From a virus, in the IMG/VR virus record IMGVR_UViG_3300035696_000005, positions 96,001 to 160,000 of that record: 64,000 nucleotides of DNA; one strand, 5' to 3'. A model generated the notes under the pieces. It had not been told where the DNA came from. It did not search any database and worked only from the letters and a program-made list of their open reading frames with translations. The position numbers were made by a program, and so were the translations under genes. Below are positions 62,253 to 64,000 of this stretch, piece after piece (position 1 is the first letter of the stretch; each line of letters begins with the position of its first letter).

Positions 62253-64000
62253 ATGGCTAAAGGCATAACTCAGAAATGTAGACTTTTACTGGAAGGGCGT
62301 GAAGTTCCCTTTGTTGCAGCTACTCTTGTTTGCAATATCGGTGAACCGATGACTGCTGTCATCGAGCTTGTTCCACTTCAGGTCATTAAGTTCATTAAGC
62401 CGAAAACACAAGTTCAGATCTTTGTTCAGGATACCTACAACTTCGGTGACACTAATTTCTATTGTGCATTCGAAGGCGAAACTACCGGGCGTATGATGAG
62501 AAAGACGGATGGTTCCCGCTCTTTTCAAATCACAGCCGTAGATTACACCGGATACTGGGATGAAGCTAAAGCCTATTACTACAACCCAAACTTTCTTGTG
62601 GGTAAAATCGAGGATGTTGTTGAAGGTGGGCAATCACCTTCTGCAGAAGCAAAACAAGCTGGCGCTACAACACTCACGACAAGTTCGACAGTCAACAGCA
62701 TCATGATCAACATCATTACTACTGCCCTTCATGGGTCTAGTACGGATCTAATCGATGGTGTTGTGAACGTGGTTAAAGCTCTGAAGAAGATCAACCTCTT
62801 CTACAAAGCAGCGTTCAACCGCCTGCGGATTACTGACCGAATTCAAGTCCTCTCTAGCGGAAACATCAAAGCATTCCTTAAAGACCTGAACATGGATGAC
62901 TTCCTGCTCAGCTACACGGGTAAACAGGGTGGAATGACTTCACTCAGGGAAATGCTTCTCAATGTGATGGGACTTATCTTTCACGATTTCGTAAGCGTTC
63001 CGTTTGCGTCGCTGGTTCCGTCCGTTCAGGGTGGCACTAACCTTGGGAACACGATCGCAAACTTCCTTTTTGTTCCTGACGGCTATCCCTTTCCCCCACC
63101 CCAGTGTAATGTCATTTTTCCGAACTACGTGCAGTCATTTGAATTTCGTGATGACTTCCAATCTAGCCTGACGAGGTTTTCTTATCGTGCAAGTTTCCCA
63201 GGATTTGCTGCGGATATTGGTGGTGTGAAGACATATCCAATGCAGTTCTATCCAGATAGCTTTAAAGACTATATGTTTAACACAGCTACTGAAACAGATG
63301 CTGAATACTATAGTTTACTTGGTACGTCTACGATCCTTGTAGATCCAGCAACTGGTAAAACCTATGGAGATCTTGCAGAAAGCGGATTTCATTACGGATC
63401 TGCCGCAGGAACAAATAGCGCAAACGCTATTGGAAAAACGTCTGTGTCCCCGGTTCTCAGGGAAGCTGACTTTTTAACTAACGAAGAATCGATTAAGGGC
63501 ATCATCCTGGATACTGAAACTTTCATGCCCGGAATGACCACACTAGCGTCTCACAGCTCGGCTGGCTCCATTCGTGGCTTTACTCAGTCAGTCGGCGCTT
63601 ACATGTTTTACAAGAAAAGATTCTCATCTAGAAACGCACAAGCACAACTGATGTTTCACCCATTTCTCGTTCCTGGATTCAACTGCATTATTGTCGACGA
63701 CAGCGATGCCGGACAAAGCTTCATTGCCAAGATTCAAGGACTGACTCACAATCTCACTCACCAGGGATGCTCAACTACTGTTCAGCTTGGCTATGCCCGT
63801 GACTTCGATGAGGTCGATGCTTTGACGGGCGGTTCCTCTGAACCTCCTCTTCCGCCCTGGTTTGATTCAACCAAGTTTGGAAGTGTTGCTACGAATGGCA
63901 CATTGTTTAACCAGGAAACTGTATATCTCATCAACCAGAACATGTTAGGTCCTCAGTCCTTTGACCCCACTAACGGGACGCAAGAGCTAATCAATAGGCA
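62253..64000 (+). CDS. Putative baseplate hub protein (partial, runs off edge)
   Basis: Hand translation MAKGITQKCRLLLEGREVPFVAA...FQITAVD; later in frame FHPFLVPG...IQGLTHNLTHQGCSTTVQLGYAR. Confidence 0.6.
   Translation, partial: MAKGITQKCRLLLEGREVPFVAATLVCNIGEPMTAVIELVPLQVIKFIKPKTQVQIFVQDTYNFGDTNFYCAFEGETTGRMMRKTDGSRSFQITAVDYTGYWDEAKAYYYNPNFLVGKIEDVVEGGQSPSAEAKQAGATTLTTSSTVNSIMINIITTALHGSSTDLIDGVVNVVKALKKINLFYKAAFNRLRITDRIQVLSSGNIKAFLKDLNMDDFLLSYTGKQGGMTSLREMLLNVMGLIFHDFVSVPFASLVPSVQGGTNLGNTIANFLFVPDGYPFPPPQCNVIFPNYVQSFEFRDDFQSSLTRFSYRASFPGFAADIGGVKTYPMQFYPDSFKDYMFNTATETDAEYYSLLGTSTILVDPATGKTYGDLAESGFHYGSAAGTNSANAIGKTSVSPVLREADFLTNEESIKGIILDTETFMPGMTTLASHSSAGSIRGFTQSVGAYMFYKKRFSSRNAQAQLMFHPFLVPGFNCIIVDDSDAGQSFIAKIQGLTHNLTHQGCSTTVQLGYARDFDEVDALTGGSSEPPLPPWFDSTKFGSVATNGTLFNQETVYLINQNMLGPQSFDPTNGTQELINR

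Noticed and set aside
1-64000. Genome-wide TAG reassignment (code 15/16)
   Set aside because: Long ORFs are intact under code 11, and TAG ends genes directly before tRNAs, terminators or overlapping SDs (2750, 4963, 34035, 35941, 42495).

Overview
A 64-kb slice of a large (jumbo-like) tailed phage genome; the host cannot be identified from the sequence. Bases 1-56.6 kb are mostly minus-strand accessory and replication genes: a Prs-like + NAMPT-like pair (NARP1-like NAD+ module), a vWA / PurA-like cluster, a Ubl-E2-JAB-E1 ubiquitin-like operon, SbcC ATPase, Pth2, a GGQ release-factor homologue, Hsp20, three metallophosphoesterases, a nucleotidyltransferase, a frameshifted AIPR-like gene, Ro60/TROVE, an AEP primase-helicase and a SNF2 helicase. 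I read 37 tRNA genes covering all 20 amino acids plus a CUA amber suppressor, interspersed with HNH endonucleases. From 56.7 kb the plus strand carries tail genes: a chaperone with a -1 frameshift, tape measure and baseplate. The most notable observations are (1) the phage-borne ubiquitin-like conjugation operon, with a second degenerate Ubl nearby; (2) four Y-RNA-like repeats, one holding a circularly permuted tRNA module, directly upstream of Ro60; (3) an amber suppressor tRNA plus two ORFs interrupted by in-frame TAG in a genome that otherwise stops at TAG; (4) matching leaderless-peptide/terminator cassettes ahead of both main tRNA arrays. All calls come from motif reading and hand folding; no database searches were run.
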